Assembly: GCA_963514005.1 (NCBI GenBank)
Contig: OY740800.1
Coordinates: forward strand, 42,656,001 to 42,720,000
DNA length: 64,000 nucleotides
Source of the DNA: Raja brachyura
Lineage: Eukaryota
Direction of reading: 5' to 3'
The position numbers and the translations under genes were made by a program. Positions 35,021 through 46,317 of the stretch are shown here, in pieces. The stretch's first letter is position 1, and the number at the start of each line of letters is the position of its first letter. The notes beneath the pieces are model-generated. The model was not told where the DNA came from. It searched no databases and saw only the letters and a list, made by a program, of their open reading frames with translations.

Positions 35021-37622
35021 CAGGGCTCTCGCTTAACTTTTTTTCCCTGTTGCCAGCCGGGCAATCTTGACAGCTTTTTAGGTTGCCAAATGACAGTTTA
35101 GGTAGTCATTGAAGACGGTTTGCATGACGTAATGTGCGATAATGTGCTCGGACGAAGTGCGTAGTTACTAGTCGGAATTATGCTCAATGAAGCATTCACA
35201 TATTATGTTCAAATGGAAAATCAAAGGTAAACAAAAGTGCTGGAGAAACTCAGCGGGTGCAGCAGCATCTATGGAGCGAAGGAAATAGGTAAAGTTTCAG
35301 GCCGAAACACATCAGTCTTAAGAAGGGGTTCGGCCCGAAACGTTGCCTATTTTCTTCGCTCCATAGATGCTGCCGCATCCGCTGAGTTTCTCCAGCACTT
35401 ATTTCTGCTTCAAATAATTCACAAACTAAACATATTCACCAATCAAGACATGATATATACCACAATGACATGCAGCAAAATTATAATACAATATCTCAAC
35501 TCTTTTTACATATTGCAATTAATGCAATTTCTATTAGTTCTTTCCACTTCCAAACAAAAATGTGGTTGGATTATTCAGCATATGATCAACCTGTGGCAAT
35601 AAATCCTGGACCAAGGTAACATATATGCTTAACCATACACACTACAGATTGATGCAAGCATGTTTTCTGTGAAGGACAGAAAATTACCATGACATGGCCA
35701 TAGCATGGGGCGTTATTGTTATGGGCACAGAAACACTCTGGCTTCCCATAATTTATCCATGACAAAATATACAGGTTGCTGTATATAGGGAAATTTCTAA
35801 ACTCTGTTTAGGGAAATTTCTAAAGGCATTTTATGATAATAACTGTTAAAACCGACTATACCCATCTGACAGGTTAAACATTACAATAACTGACAAGAAA
35901 TGGCCAAAGGACATAACTGCAGCAAATGTTCTTTTGCTAATATGTTTAAAGGTGTCAAAACAAATAATAACATGATTACATTCCGTTATCAAACATAATC
36001 AATGTTCGCTCTGAAGACCATGAAGCACAATAGGGTCCGGCGGTGTGTGAATCAATGCGGGGTGGATAGATGGCGGGGGGGGGGGGGGTTTTAACAGGAA
36101 ATCGGTGCGGAATGGATGGATTGAGGCTGGTGAATTCGTACGTGTTGGTTGGAGTATGTAAAGTTGTGAGGGGAGAGCACGGGGGATGTCAGTGGTGTTG
36201 AATGGGGGGGGATCAGTATAGGATGGAGGGGGGTTCAGTACAGGAGGAATGGGGGTAGACAAAAATGCTGGAGAAATTCAGCAGGTGAGACCGCATCGAT
36301 GGAGCTAAGGAAATAGGCCAAGTTTCGGGTCAAGACTGTTCCCCCCATTCTTCATGAATGGGGGGATCAGTACAGGATGGATGGATGGGGGGGTCAGCAC
36401 AGGATGAATGGGGGGGAGGGGTCGGGACTGTGTGGATCGGAGGGTCTATGCAGGATGAATGGGTGATCACTACAGGATGAATGAGGGGATCAGTATAGGA
36501 TGAATGGGGGATCAGTACGGGATGCATGAGGGGATCAGTACAGGGTGAATGGGGGATCAGTAAAAGATGAATGGGGAGATCACTACAGGATGGATGGGGG
36601 GATTGGTGCAGGCTAAATGGAGGGTGGGTCAGTACAGGATGAATGGGTGGATCAGTGCAGTATGAATGAGGGGAGAAGTGCAGGATGGATGTGAAGGGGG
36701 GGGTCAGTGCAGGATGAATTCGGGGTCCAGTGTAGGGTGGATTGGGGGGGGGGGCAGGAGAATCAATGAGAGGTGGGTAGGATGATGAATAGATTGGGGG
36801 GGGGGGTAGATGGGGAGGGGAGCACAGGGGATGTCAGTGAGGACTGAATAGAGGAGGGAATGGGGATCAATGCGGGATGGAGAGGAGGGGTTTCATGGGA
36901 TGGAGGGGGGGGGAAGGGGCAGAGGAGGTGGGGAGGAAGGAAGGTCAGTGCTCCTCGGACAACATCGCCCGTTGCCTTGGCCGTCGCGGTACAATGCCAA
37001 AGTGCCGCCGCCAAAGGGGGTGGCGGTTGGGAACTGCTCGCCATCGCCTCCCCTCCTCCGCCAGCCGATAGGGAGGTGCGGGGCCGAGCGGTGCAGCTGC
37101 TTCAGTCGGCGGAAGGAGACCTCCGCCTCCCTCCCTCCCTCCTCCCGGCCACGGCGTGCGAGAGGGGTTGTTTTGAAAACACAAGCAGCGACCGTTAACA
37201 GGGCGATAGCGGCCGCTGATGGCAAATCCACAAAAGGTGCTTTCAAAGCAACCCCTCTCGCACACCGAGGCAGGGAGGGAGGGATGCCTCCTTCCACCGG
37301 GCGGGCAGCGGGAGGAGGAGACGGTGGAGCCGCTGTTGCCGCTGTTCGGGGCCTGTCATTTGCTCTGACCCTTCTTCACCCCGCTCCTAGTATCTTTGCC
37401 CCGCAATTAAAGATACTAGAAAAATACAGCCACCGACACGAGACGTCAGTTCCTATTTGCCAGAGATGCTGCCTGACCCGCAGAATTACTACAGTTTTTT
37501 GCGTCTACCGGTATAAATTAGTATTTGCGTGCCAAGCCGGGCAAAGTGAGTCAGCGTTTAGATTGCCCAGCGGCACTTTCTGTGGTCATTGGCACCCGGG
37601 CAACTGCTAATTTCGAGTCCTG
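35021..37622. mobile_element. Non-autonomous DNA transposon with CAGG termini and a 5-bp TSD (hAT5-like)
   Basis: ATACT|CAGGGCTCTCGCTTAA ... CTAATTTCGAGTCCTG|ATACT. Repeated subterminal TGCC-n-GGGCAA motifs at both ends. No transposase ORF. Confidence 0.78.
36190..36760 (+). repeat. Degenerate minisatellite, unit about 22 bp GGGGGATCAGTACAGGATGAAT
   Basis: Many tandem imperfect copies, interrupted by a Penelope pseudo-LTR fragment near 36254-36337. Confidence 0.85.
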
Positions 37623-39599
37623 ATACTCCAAGCGTAAAATTACCTTTTTAAGTTGATTTTTCTTTCTTTTGATACAAAAATCATCCATGGACGATCAACT
37701 GTCCATAATTTTAGTCAACAGTAAATCAATCAGAATAATGGATGTGATCTTTAATAATCTTCATCTGAAGAATTTCACAGGGTTCAATCACTCAATTCTT
37801 AATAATACTCTCTAGCAAGGAAATTGTATGGGAATGGTCAATCTTGGAGATGACAAAGGCATTAAGGAGGATTCCACAAACAGATGAATTGAGGTGGAGT
37901 AGAATTAGAGAGTGAGAAATAGGCATTAATATTTGGTGTCAAATATGACAAGTGTGCAAACATTCCAGTTTAGTTTGAGACAGTTACCAGGGGTTAGGTT
38001 GGCTAAAGAACAGAGTTAGTGACAGCTAAGACCCTAGCCTAGGATCTCCCTAAACTTAACTGGAATACATTTCTGCTGTTCCAATTCTATCATGTTGGAC
38101 AAAAAGTAAAATTACTTTATACATCGCAGAGAGACCAAAAGAAACAGTAGATAATAGAGCTGTAATGTTGTCTGCATATATTGAAATTTATGATGCACGC
38201 TTGAGATGACTTGTAGCATCTAGCATCAAGATGAGAATTTGATTGGGGGCCAAGGATGGATCCAAATCAGCATGAATTGCTTCCAAGAAACTATTAAACA
38301 CGACTGATGCAAGATCTGCTGTTATTGCGGTTCATTATAATAATGATGGGCTGGATACGAAGTGCAACTAGCCATAGTAGTGAAAGTTCTTTATGAGCAC
38401 TTTCCCAGACATGGGTCTTATATCGAACATGCTTTGGAACATGCTTACATTGGAATGCAAGGTTAACATCTGCTGGATTCAGATTGTTCATTGATTAATG
38501 GGAATTTTCCGTTGTGCTTCAATTTCTCAGTGTCTTTCTGATTTTAGAAGCCACCAGAGATTGAGATAGGAGGCAGTTATCTCTCTGTTAAAGTGTCTTC
38601 AGTTGCATTCTGTTGGTTTTACAAATAAATAAAGGAATGAACATTCAAATCGTTAAATAGTAATGGCCAGATTTGTCAGCCCAATGTCAAAATAATAACT
38701 TTGAAGAATATTTTTGGCAACAGTACTGGCATGCTATGGCAGGGATTTAGAAATAATTTATACTCTGCGTTAGTCTGGTTTTCATCACTAAATTTTGAAT
38801 AAAAGAAACATTTTATTCATCTGGTCACACATTTATTTTTCAGTCTCTTCCAGTAATGGCTATTTCAAGGTATTTAAAGATTTAAGTAAATGGCGCAGCT
38901 TGTAATTGATACAAAACATTTTCTTATGGATGGGTTATTGACTTGTAAACGCACTGTCAACACCCCTTTTGCCAAGAACTGTTGCTATTTTAATCCAGCA
39001 GTTACAAAATTATATATCATATGAGCCACGTGAAAGTGTGCATTTTAAAATAAAATATTAAATTAATTGCAACCTTTTAACTTGTTTCAGTTATTATAAT
39101 ATTAACCCATTTTCTGGTATACATTCTAGTTTTGCCTGAGCCTGTAATTAATTGGGCTCTGGGGATTTTGGGGGATTTTCTAGATCACAGCAAATAGAAA
39201 GGCACCCACCATTGAGTGACAATGTGTCATTTGTTTAGGAAGCACAAAGCATAGCTAGAGGTCCACAAAATAAATAAATTTAGGGGCCCATATGGGAACT
39301 TGTCAGTGGTTTACCTCTTGGGTTGTTTGCGTTTTGCTGTCTGCTGAACCCTTTTTCTTCTTGTCATATTCTGAAAGTTCCCCTCTTGTTGTGTGGTAGG
39401 AATTCTGTGCTACTCATAAGTTTATCGAGTTGTCATCCCCCATCTTGGCCATTCCTTCAAACTGAAAAGTGTTTGATGCTTATTGTTGCTGTTTTGCATC
39501 CGGTAGTACTACATGTCATTACATTTTCTGCATCCCTTAATTTTTGTTTATAAGTGTTCTGATGTCAACAGAATTCAAGAGAATATCTAGGTTGTAGAC

Positions 39600-40185
39600 A
39601 GTGTCATAAAGCATAGAAACAGTATAACTCTATTTACAACAGTAGGTACCTATTAAGTCTTGCGTTCACCCTATCTATTCCTCTCATGATTTTATACACC
39701 TCTGTAAGATCATCCCGTAACCTCCTGTGCTCCAAGGAATAAAGTCCTGGCCTGCCCAACCTTTCTCTACAGTTCAAGCCCTCGAGTCCTAGCAAAATCC
39801 TCACAATTGTCTGCACTCTTTCCAGCTTAATGATATCCTTCCATAGAAGGGTGACCAAAACTGATAACAGTACTGCAAATGCAGCCGCACCAACATCTTG
39901 TACAACTAATACAACGTCCCAACTTCTATGTTCAGTACTCTGCCTGATGAAGGACAGTATACCAAGAGCCTATCTACCTGTCATGCTATTTTAATTATGT
40001 ACATTTAGTCCAACATCCTTTTGCACACTCCCAGGGCATTCACTGTGAAGGTCCTGCTTTGGTTTGATTTTGCAAACTGCAATACCTCACACTTACCTGC
40101 TTTATACTCCTTTAGCAATTCCTCAGTCCACTTGCCCAGCAGTTCACTATCCAGCTGTAATCTTTGATAACCAAATGTTCCAGTG
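39600..40185 (-). mobile_element. Degraded CR1 3' portion
   Basis: ORF 39634..39858 has KDIIKLERVQ...LYSLEHRRLRDDLTEVYKIMRGID. ORF 40005..40355 has KCEVLQF. Confidence 0.88.
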
Positions 40186-40189
40186 AACC

Positions 40190-41960
40190 TACATAAATTT
40201 ACATGCACTTTAAAATACTTCATATAAAGTGCTGTCCTTTTCACATTGAATTTCAATATGTGTACCCAGTCCAGCAATGTATCTACATTGCAACTCCAGC
40301 ACAAAGACCATGGATATTTTGGTTGACGGATAGATTTCCCATATTTGGCCATCATGCGTGGTTGTTCAGATCTGCTTCTGTATTATGGTCTGGTTGTGCT
40401 TGGGCGTTTTTGTTCTGAAATAGGAGTAGCTATGCTGATTCAAAAGACAATCTCAGCCATCAGTATCTCCCAATATGTGTTAAATCTTATCTCGCCTTCC
40501 ATATGCTAAAATTTGTTCTCCAGCACATCTTTCAGAACTGGCAGGATTTATTTATTTGTTTTTGTCAGAGATGTTTTCTCTTTTGTTCCTTATTTAGACC
40601 CTGGCGAATCCATAGAAATCCTTGACTCTTTGATCTGTCCAGAAACACAATATTTGAAGCCCAAAGGGCAGTGTTGTCAATTGGTGCAAACCAGTAGAGA
40701 AATCTTTCCTTCCATCAGTCTTTCAAGCTCGGCTTCAGTTTCTATTTGACAATTGCTTGGATAATGTACTCTCATCTACCTCGAGGTAGTACTTCCCTTC
40801 TAGCTTTGCAGTTTCTTCAAACACCTCTGAAAATGTAGCTGGCAGCTGCTGCTTATTGAATGTGGAACTTCCATCTGCACTAGACCAGTATTTCATCAGA
40901 TTCTCTGTCAGCACTGGTATCGGTTTCATTTATCGCAACCAAAAAATGCCACTCAATTCGCTTAAAGTACAGCAAAGTCTGCTTTGTACTTCCTTCTGAT
41001 TGTATTTTTCATTTTCAGCTTGCATTTGCCCATTACAGTTGTATAGCTCTACTTCTCAGCACTTGTTTTGTCCTTCTGAGTTTCTACCTGATATTGGACA
41101 TCTTTCTATTTTATTTCTGTTGTAGCAAAGATCTTTGTTAGAAAGTTGGCCTCTTCCATTCTTCTCACTTGTTCTACTTCCTGTCTGTACAAGTTCTGTA
41201 CATATCCCCTCAGACATTTCATAGAAATTGCAGTAAACGTATGTGACATAGTGAAGTGGCCTTGACCTTTATTCACACACTTCTATTCTTTTATCTCGTG
41301 TTTCTTCCTCTGCACTCGTCTGAAAAATTGAATAATCTTTTTCCTCCAGCTCGATATTTCTTCTGCCATCCACGCTGATAGCCACAATATTTCCTCGGGT
41401 GGGAGGGGGACATCGATAGAATTGTGCCTTACACTACCCAACTCTGGCTTTGAGCTCTGAGGCCCCATAGCACTTGATACATTTTCACAGAGCTATGTTT
41501 TGTTCTCTCATCACCCCCCCCCCAAAAAAAAAATGCATTTGTGCTCTGATGTGAATCAATGAGTTCATTGTATCTCCAATTATATCATTTGTAGTGCTCA
41601 ACCTCTGTTCTCTAATGTGTACATTGAATGTCTCCCCATTCACCAGCCATTTACAGAAAAACACAAATCTGTCCACAATTGTGCAAAGGACTGGAGTGAT
41701 GCTCCTTCCAGTGTCTGATTGATGGGCCTAATTCTTTGGTAGTGCGTCAGTCGCCAACCAGACACATCAACATGTTCATGTTGTCCACTGTCAGTCATTG
41801 CCAACTCGATATAGAGAGAAGATTCACCTTTCAGTTGTTTCTACTAATTTGCCATTTACTTCCATCAAAGGTCCAGTTACCAAGCATGGACCAGTGTTTA
41901 TGGTCGGTGTTCTTGCTCACCCACCTATGCATCATTGAATACATGTTCTTCACAAGCTTC
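40190..41960 (-). mobile_element. Highly degraded Gypsy/Ty3 LTR-retrotransposon internal (gag-pol) remnant
   Basis: Minus strand near 40655-40672 encodes LPFGL (RT motif). ORF 40735..40929 FSEVFEETAKLEGKYYLEVDE resembles the pre-RT linker. ORF 41485..41676 (DRFVFF...GETFN...NSLI) resembles gag. LTRs not recognised. Confidence 0.6.
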
Positions 41961-42179
41961 GCCACATATCTCCCACTTGCAGCAGATCATGCAGAGTTTC
42001 ACAACGAAAAAACAGTGCTGCAAACAAAACTGCGAACTCGATATAAAATGCTCAAAATATTTTCTGATTCCATATGGCCTTATGTTATCTCGAGTCGTGT
42101 TTGTTCTTTGTCACTTTCTGTTGACTCTTTATGAGTCACATCATTGTCACAAGATTATTTCTTGGAGCTCCAAACCTCA

Positions 42180-42980
42180 AGGTCTTCACAGAGTAATTGC
42201 GTCGTACAGTATGAAATCTTGTCCTTTGGCATAACTCCTCCATGCCGACCAAGATGCCAATGTATGCTAGTCCCTTTCTCCTGCGTTTGACCAATAGCCC
42301 TTTTAACCTTATTTATTTATCTGCCTAAATGTTGCCTCTGGCAGCTCGTTCCATATACCCTCCGTCCTATGTGTGTGAAAAGATACCCTTCAAATTTCTA
42401 TTAAAGGTTTCCAATCGTACCTTAAACCTATGCCCTTGCTTTGTTAATTCCCCGACCCTCGGAAAAAGACTGTGCATTTCCCTCATTTTATACACGCCTA
42501 TAAGATCACCTTCAGCCTCCTGCACTCCAAGGAGTAAAGTCCAAAAATGCCTAACCTCTCCCTACAGCTCAACCCCGCATCCTAGAAACACCCTCTTCAA
42601 TCATCTCTGCATTCTTTCCGGCTCAATAGCATCTTTCGTATAACTGGGTGATCAAAACTTTAGTTTATTGTCACATATACTCGGGTTACAGTCAAAGGAC
42701 CGACTGTACTTGATTAGCCGTCCACCGTGTACGGATACAAGATAAAGGGAATAACATTTGGTACAAGATAATGTCCAGTAGAGTCCAATTAAATATGATC
42801 CGAGGGTCTCCAATGAGGTAGATGGTAGATCAGGACTGATCTCTAGTTGGTGATAGGATGGTTTATTTATTTGCCTGAGATCAGCTGGGAAGAAACTCAC
42901 TGAATCTGGAAGTATTTGTTTTCGCTGCACACAATTCTCCAAGTGCAGCCTCGCCATCATCTTGTGTAACTGCAGCATAA
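42180..42980 (-). mobile_element. CR1 3' end interrupted by a Rex1-like 3' UTR (about 42655-42925)
   Basis: CR1 sequence ...ggtgatcaaaact stops at tttagtttattgtcac and resumes at gcacacaattctccaagtg (LHLENCVQ in ORF 42652..42978). Confidence 0.7.
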
Positions 42981-43845
42981 TTCATCTTGCCAGCTCTCTC
43001 TGAACTGGAAATGTTTAATGTTTGCATTTGCTGCACTACAGTAAGATGGTGCTAGATGGCACTACATCTCCGACAGTGCCCACTGCTTTGCTCACTAACA
43101 TCCTCATTAATCACTGGAGACTGAAAATGGGTGTTCATGTGCTGGGCAGATTTACCAGAATTTTATGTGCAACAGAAGCAGATGTTGGATTTTTTTTTTT
43201 GTTCTATCACTCTAAATTAGTTTTTTTTGCAAATAACTTAATTAGATCGAAATGGCATTATATCAAAATTTATAATTTAATTAACTTATCATCGATATCT
43301 GCAACCAGGTAATTGAGGCCAGGGTAGGGAGTTACCTTGTTTTTATTCTGATGTTTGTTTGCTTGCTTTGGATAGGGTTTGACTTTGGGGAGAAAAGTCA
43401 TAGCCACATTGACAGAGGATTCAATTTTGAAAGGATATTTTGAATCTTTTTAAAAGGATTTCTTTCCCTTTTTTAGTTGTGGGAGATTGAGACTGGCAGT
43501 TTCATCTGGATTCGAGCCACAGGCCTCTGAAGTGTATTGGCTCCAATTGTTTGATCGGGCATCAGAACTGACCCCTTCAAAAGAGGGCATCAGGGACATC
43601 AGCTTCAACACTAGGGGTTGGGGCTGACAAATTCAGCAGTGATCGGTGACTGTGACTGCATGTTTTAATGGAGCTGGATAATAAATGGGGTCCATCCATT
43701 TCAAGGGTGGGGAACAGGACTGACAAATTCAACCATGAGATCAGAAGAGGCTGATTCAAAGATGGGATTCTGGGGTAGCAGTTCAAATTGTGGGGGTAAG
43801 CATTATATTTCATTAGCGAAGATTGGCGACTATAAAGGTAATACA

Positions 43846-44906
43846 TGGTAGACACAAAATGCTGGAATAGCGGGACAGGCAACATCTCTGGAGAGAAGGA
43901 ATGGGTGACGTTTTGTGTCGAGACCCTTCTTCAGACTGATTTCAGGGGAGGGAGCGAGACAAAGATAGAATGTAGGCGGAGACCGTAAGACTGGTGGGAG
44001 AACTGGGAAGGGGGAGGGGATGGAGGGAGAAAGCAAGGGCTGTCTGAAGTTAGAGAAGTCAATGTTCATACTGCTGGGATGTAAACTACACAAGCAAAAT
44101 ATGAGACGCTGTTTCTCCAATTTGCGCTGAGCCTCACTCTGAAAATGGAGGAGGCCCAGGACAGAAAGGTTAGATTGGGAATGGGAGGGGGAGTTGAAGT
44201 GCCGAGTAGGTAGGTTAAGACCGACTGAGCGGAGGTGTTCAGCGAAACGATCACCGAGCCTGCGACTGATCTGGTCGATGTGGAGTAGTTGACACCTGGA
44301 ACAGGGGATACAATAGATGCGGTTGGAGGAGGTGCAAGGGAACCTCTGCCTCACCTGGAAAGACTGTTTGGGTCCTCGGATGGAGTCGATGGGGGAGGTA
44401 AAGGGACAGGTGTTACATCTCCTGCGGTTGCTGAGGAAAGTACCCGGGGTGGTTTTGGTGGGAAGGGACAAGTTGACCAGGGAGTTTCGGAGGGAACAGT
44501 CTCTGCGGAAAGCAGAAAGGGGTAGAGATGGGAAGATTTGGCCAGTAGTGGGATCCCGTTGGAGGTGGTGAAAATGTGGGAGGATTATATGCTGTATACG
44601 ACATAGAAAAATAGACATAGAAACATAGAAAATAGGTGCAGGAGTAGGCCATTCGTCCTTCCTTATGATAATGGCTGATGGGACGGAAGGTGAGGACAAG
44701 GAGGACTGTCCTTGTTACGAATAGGAGGAGAGAGAGTAAGAGCGGAGCTGCAGGATATCAAGGAGACCCTAGTGAGAGCCTCATCTATAACGGAAGAATG
44801 AGGACATCTCCGATGCTCTGGTATGGAACACCTCATCCTGGGCGCAGATGCGGCGTAGACAGAGATGCAACACCTGTCCCTTTACCTCCCCCCTCGACTC
44901 CATCCA
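43846..44906 (-). mobile_element. Penelope-like element 3' part (GIY-YIG) with a tiny CR1 tail insert and a terminal inversion
   Basis: ORF 43830..44699 has NRIYCIPCSRCQLLHIDQISRRLGDRFAEHLRSV. Pseudo-LTR at 43846-43940. Confidence 0.9.
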
Positions 44907-46317
44907 ACGAATTAGGAGAGAAGTACGTTGAATGGTTGTAACATTGCACTTTGGAACATGAACTCTTTTTATCTTCTCCCCCCCCCCCCCCTAGAATAAT
45001 TGAAGTGGGAGTATTGGGACTTAATAGTATTTGAGAGTTAACATGAAGGTGTATTGAGGGTAGGTGGTGCGTTGCTATGACCCACTGATTGGCTGACAAT
45101 ATTGTATTACAGTCAGTTTAAAACTGCAAACATAAATGAAGAAATAGAGGAAATGTCACTGCATCAAGAACTGTAAGAGTAATAAAGATATGTTGCAAAT
45201 AATCAATGTAGTTAGCTTTAAAACCTTTAAGCAAATGGGACTAAATATTTGAATACAAGAATAATTCATTCTAATGTGTTGAAGTTGAATAAATGGCCAC
45301 TGCAGACTTAGTCAGTGTGTTGCAAGTTGAAGTTTATATCACAATTTTTGACTTTTTATGCAGCTTTTCGCCCAAGGGAGCTCAAAGTAAACTATCATGG
45401 GGTTAATGAAACCACAACAAATATAACATGGTGTTTAAAATAGTTAATTAAAGTTGCTGTGTAACATTCCACAAGCAAAGAAAAACAAAATGCTTGATAT
45501 CTCTGGTGCTTGCTGAGAATGAGGCACAGCAGAACTTCACCTCTTGTGTGACCTGGACTAAAACAGCAAACTCTCTTATTCTTCCTCTGTAAAGTTATTT
45601 CAAAAATAATACTTTTATTAGAGTTGTGTTGAAAGTAACTGGGTTGAATGTTATTAAGGCATTCTATTTGTGATTCAATGCTGCTGTGTCTTTCAGAAGA
45701 TAACATTTGTTACAATACTCGTGGTTAATGGTCTCCTTAATTGGCGGCATTTCTTGTGTGTTAATTAATGGTGGTCAATAATTAACTGGGGAGGAAATGA
45801 AAACAAATCATTTCTGCATGGTACAATTACTGATACAAACATTAAAAGCGCAGCTAGTAAAAATCTGCTATTCGACAAAAAGTTCTGGAAACTCTGAGAA
45901 GTCCAAGTAACATCTGTGAAGTGAGAAACAAGAGTTAACATTTTAGATCAATGACCTTTCATCAGAGCTAGTGAGAGGTCATCAGCCTGAAATATTAACT
46001 GTTTCTTCCCGACTGATTTTTCTTCAGTATTTTTCTATTTTTATGAAATTACAGATGTGATTTGGAATATTTTTGAAGCTCTCCCCTATGGCTTTGTCTT
46101 CAAGATGTGTTTATGTCTCATTAAATGGGCCACTCCAGTCTCGAATGGTATAGACAAAGGAAAACATTTGGAACTCGTACAAGAACATACCTTGGGCCTC
46201 TCTTTACCTGCAAATAAGAGTCTCAAAATAGCAGAGTAGGCTATATGGCCCCTTGAGCATGCTCCAACATTCAGTAAAATAGTGGCTAATCTAATCTTGG
46301 CTCGGCTCCATTTTATT

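Noticed and set aside
35785-35825. Direct repeat tagggaaatttctaaa x2, NF-kB-like
   Set aside because: A small local duplication inside a transposon with no evidence of function.
36190-36760. Regularly spaced repeats resembling a CRISPR array
   Set aside because: Tandem degenerate units without unique spacers, no cas genes, vertebrate context. It is a minisatellite.
36763-37610. 246-aa ORF and overlapping ORFs on both strands
   Set aside because: GC-rich, stop-poor sequence within a transposon, with no domain motifs. The ORF runs into a pseudo-LTR fragment.
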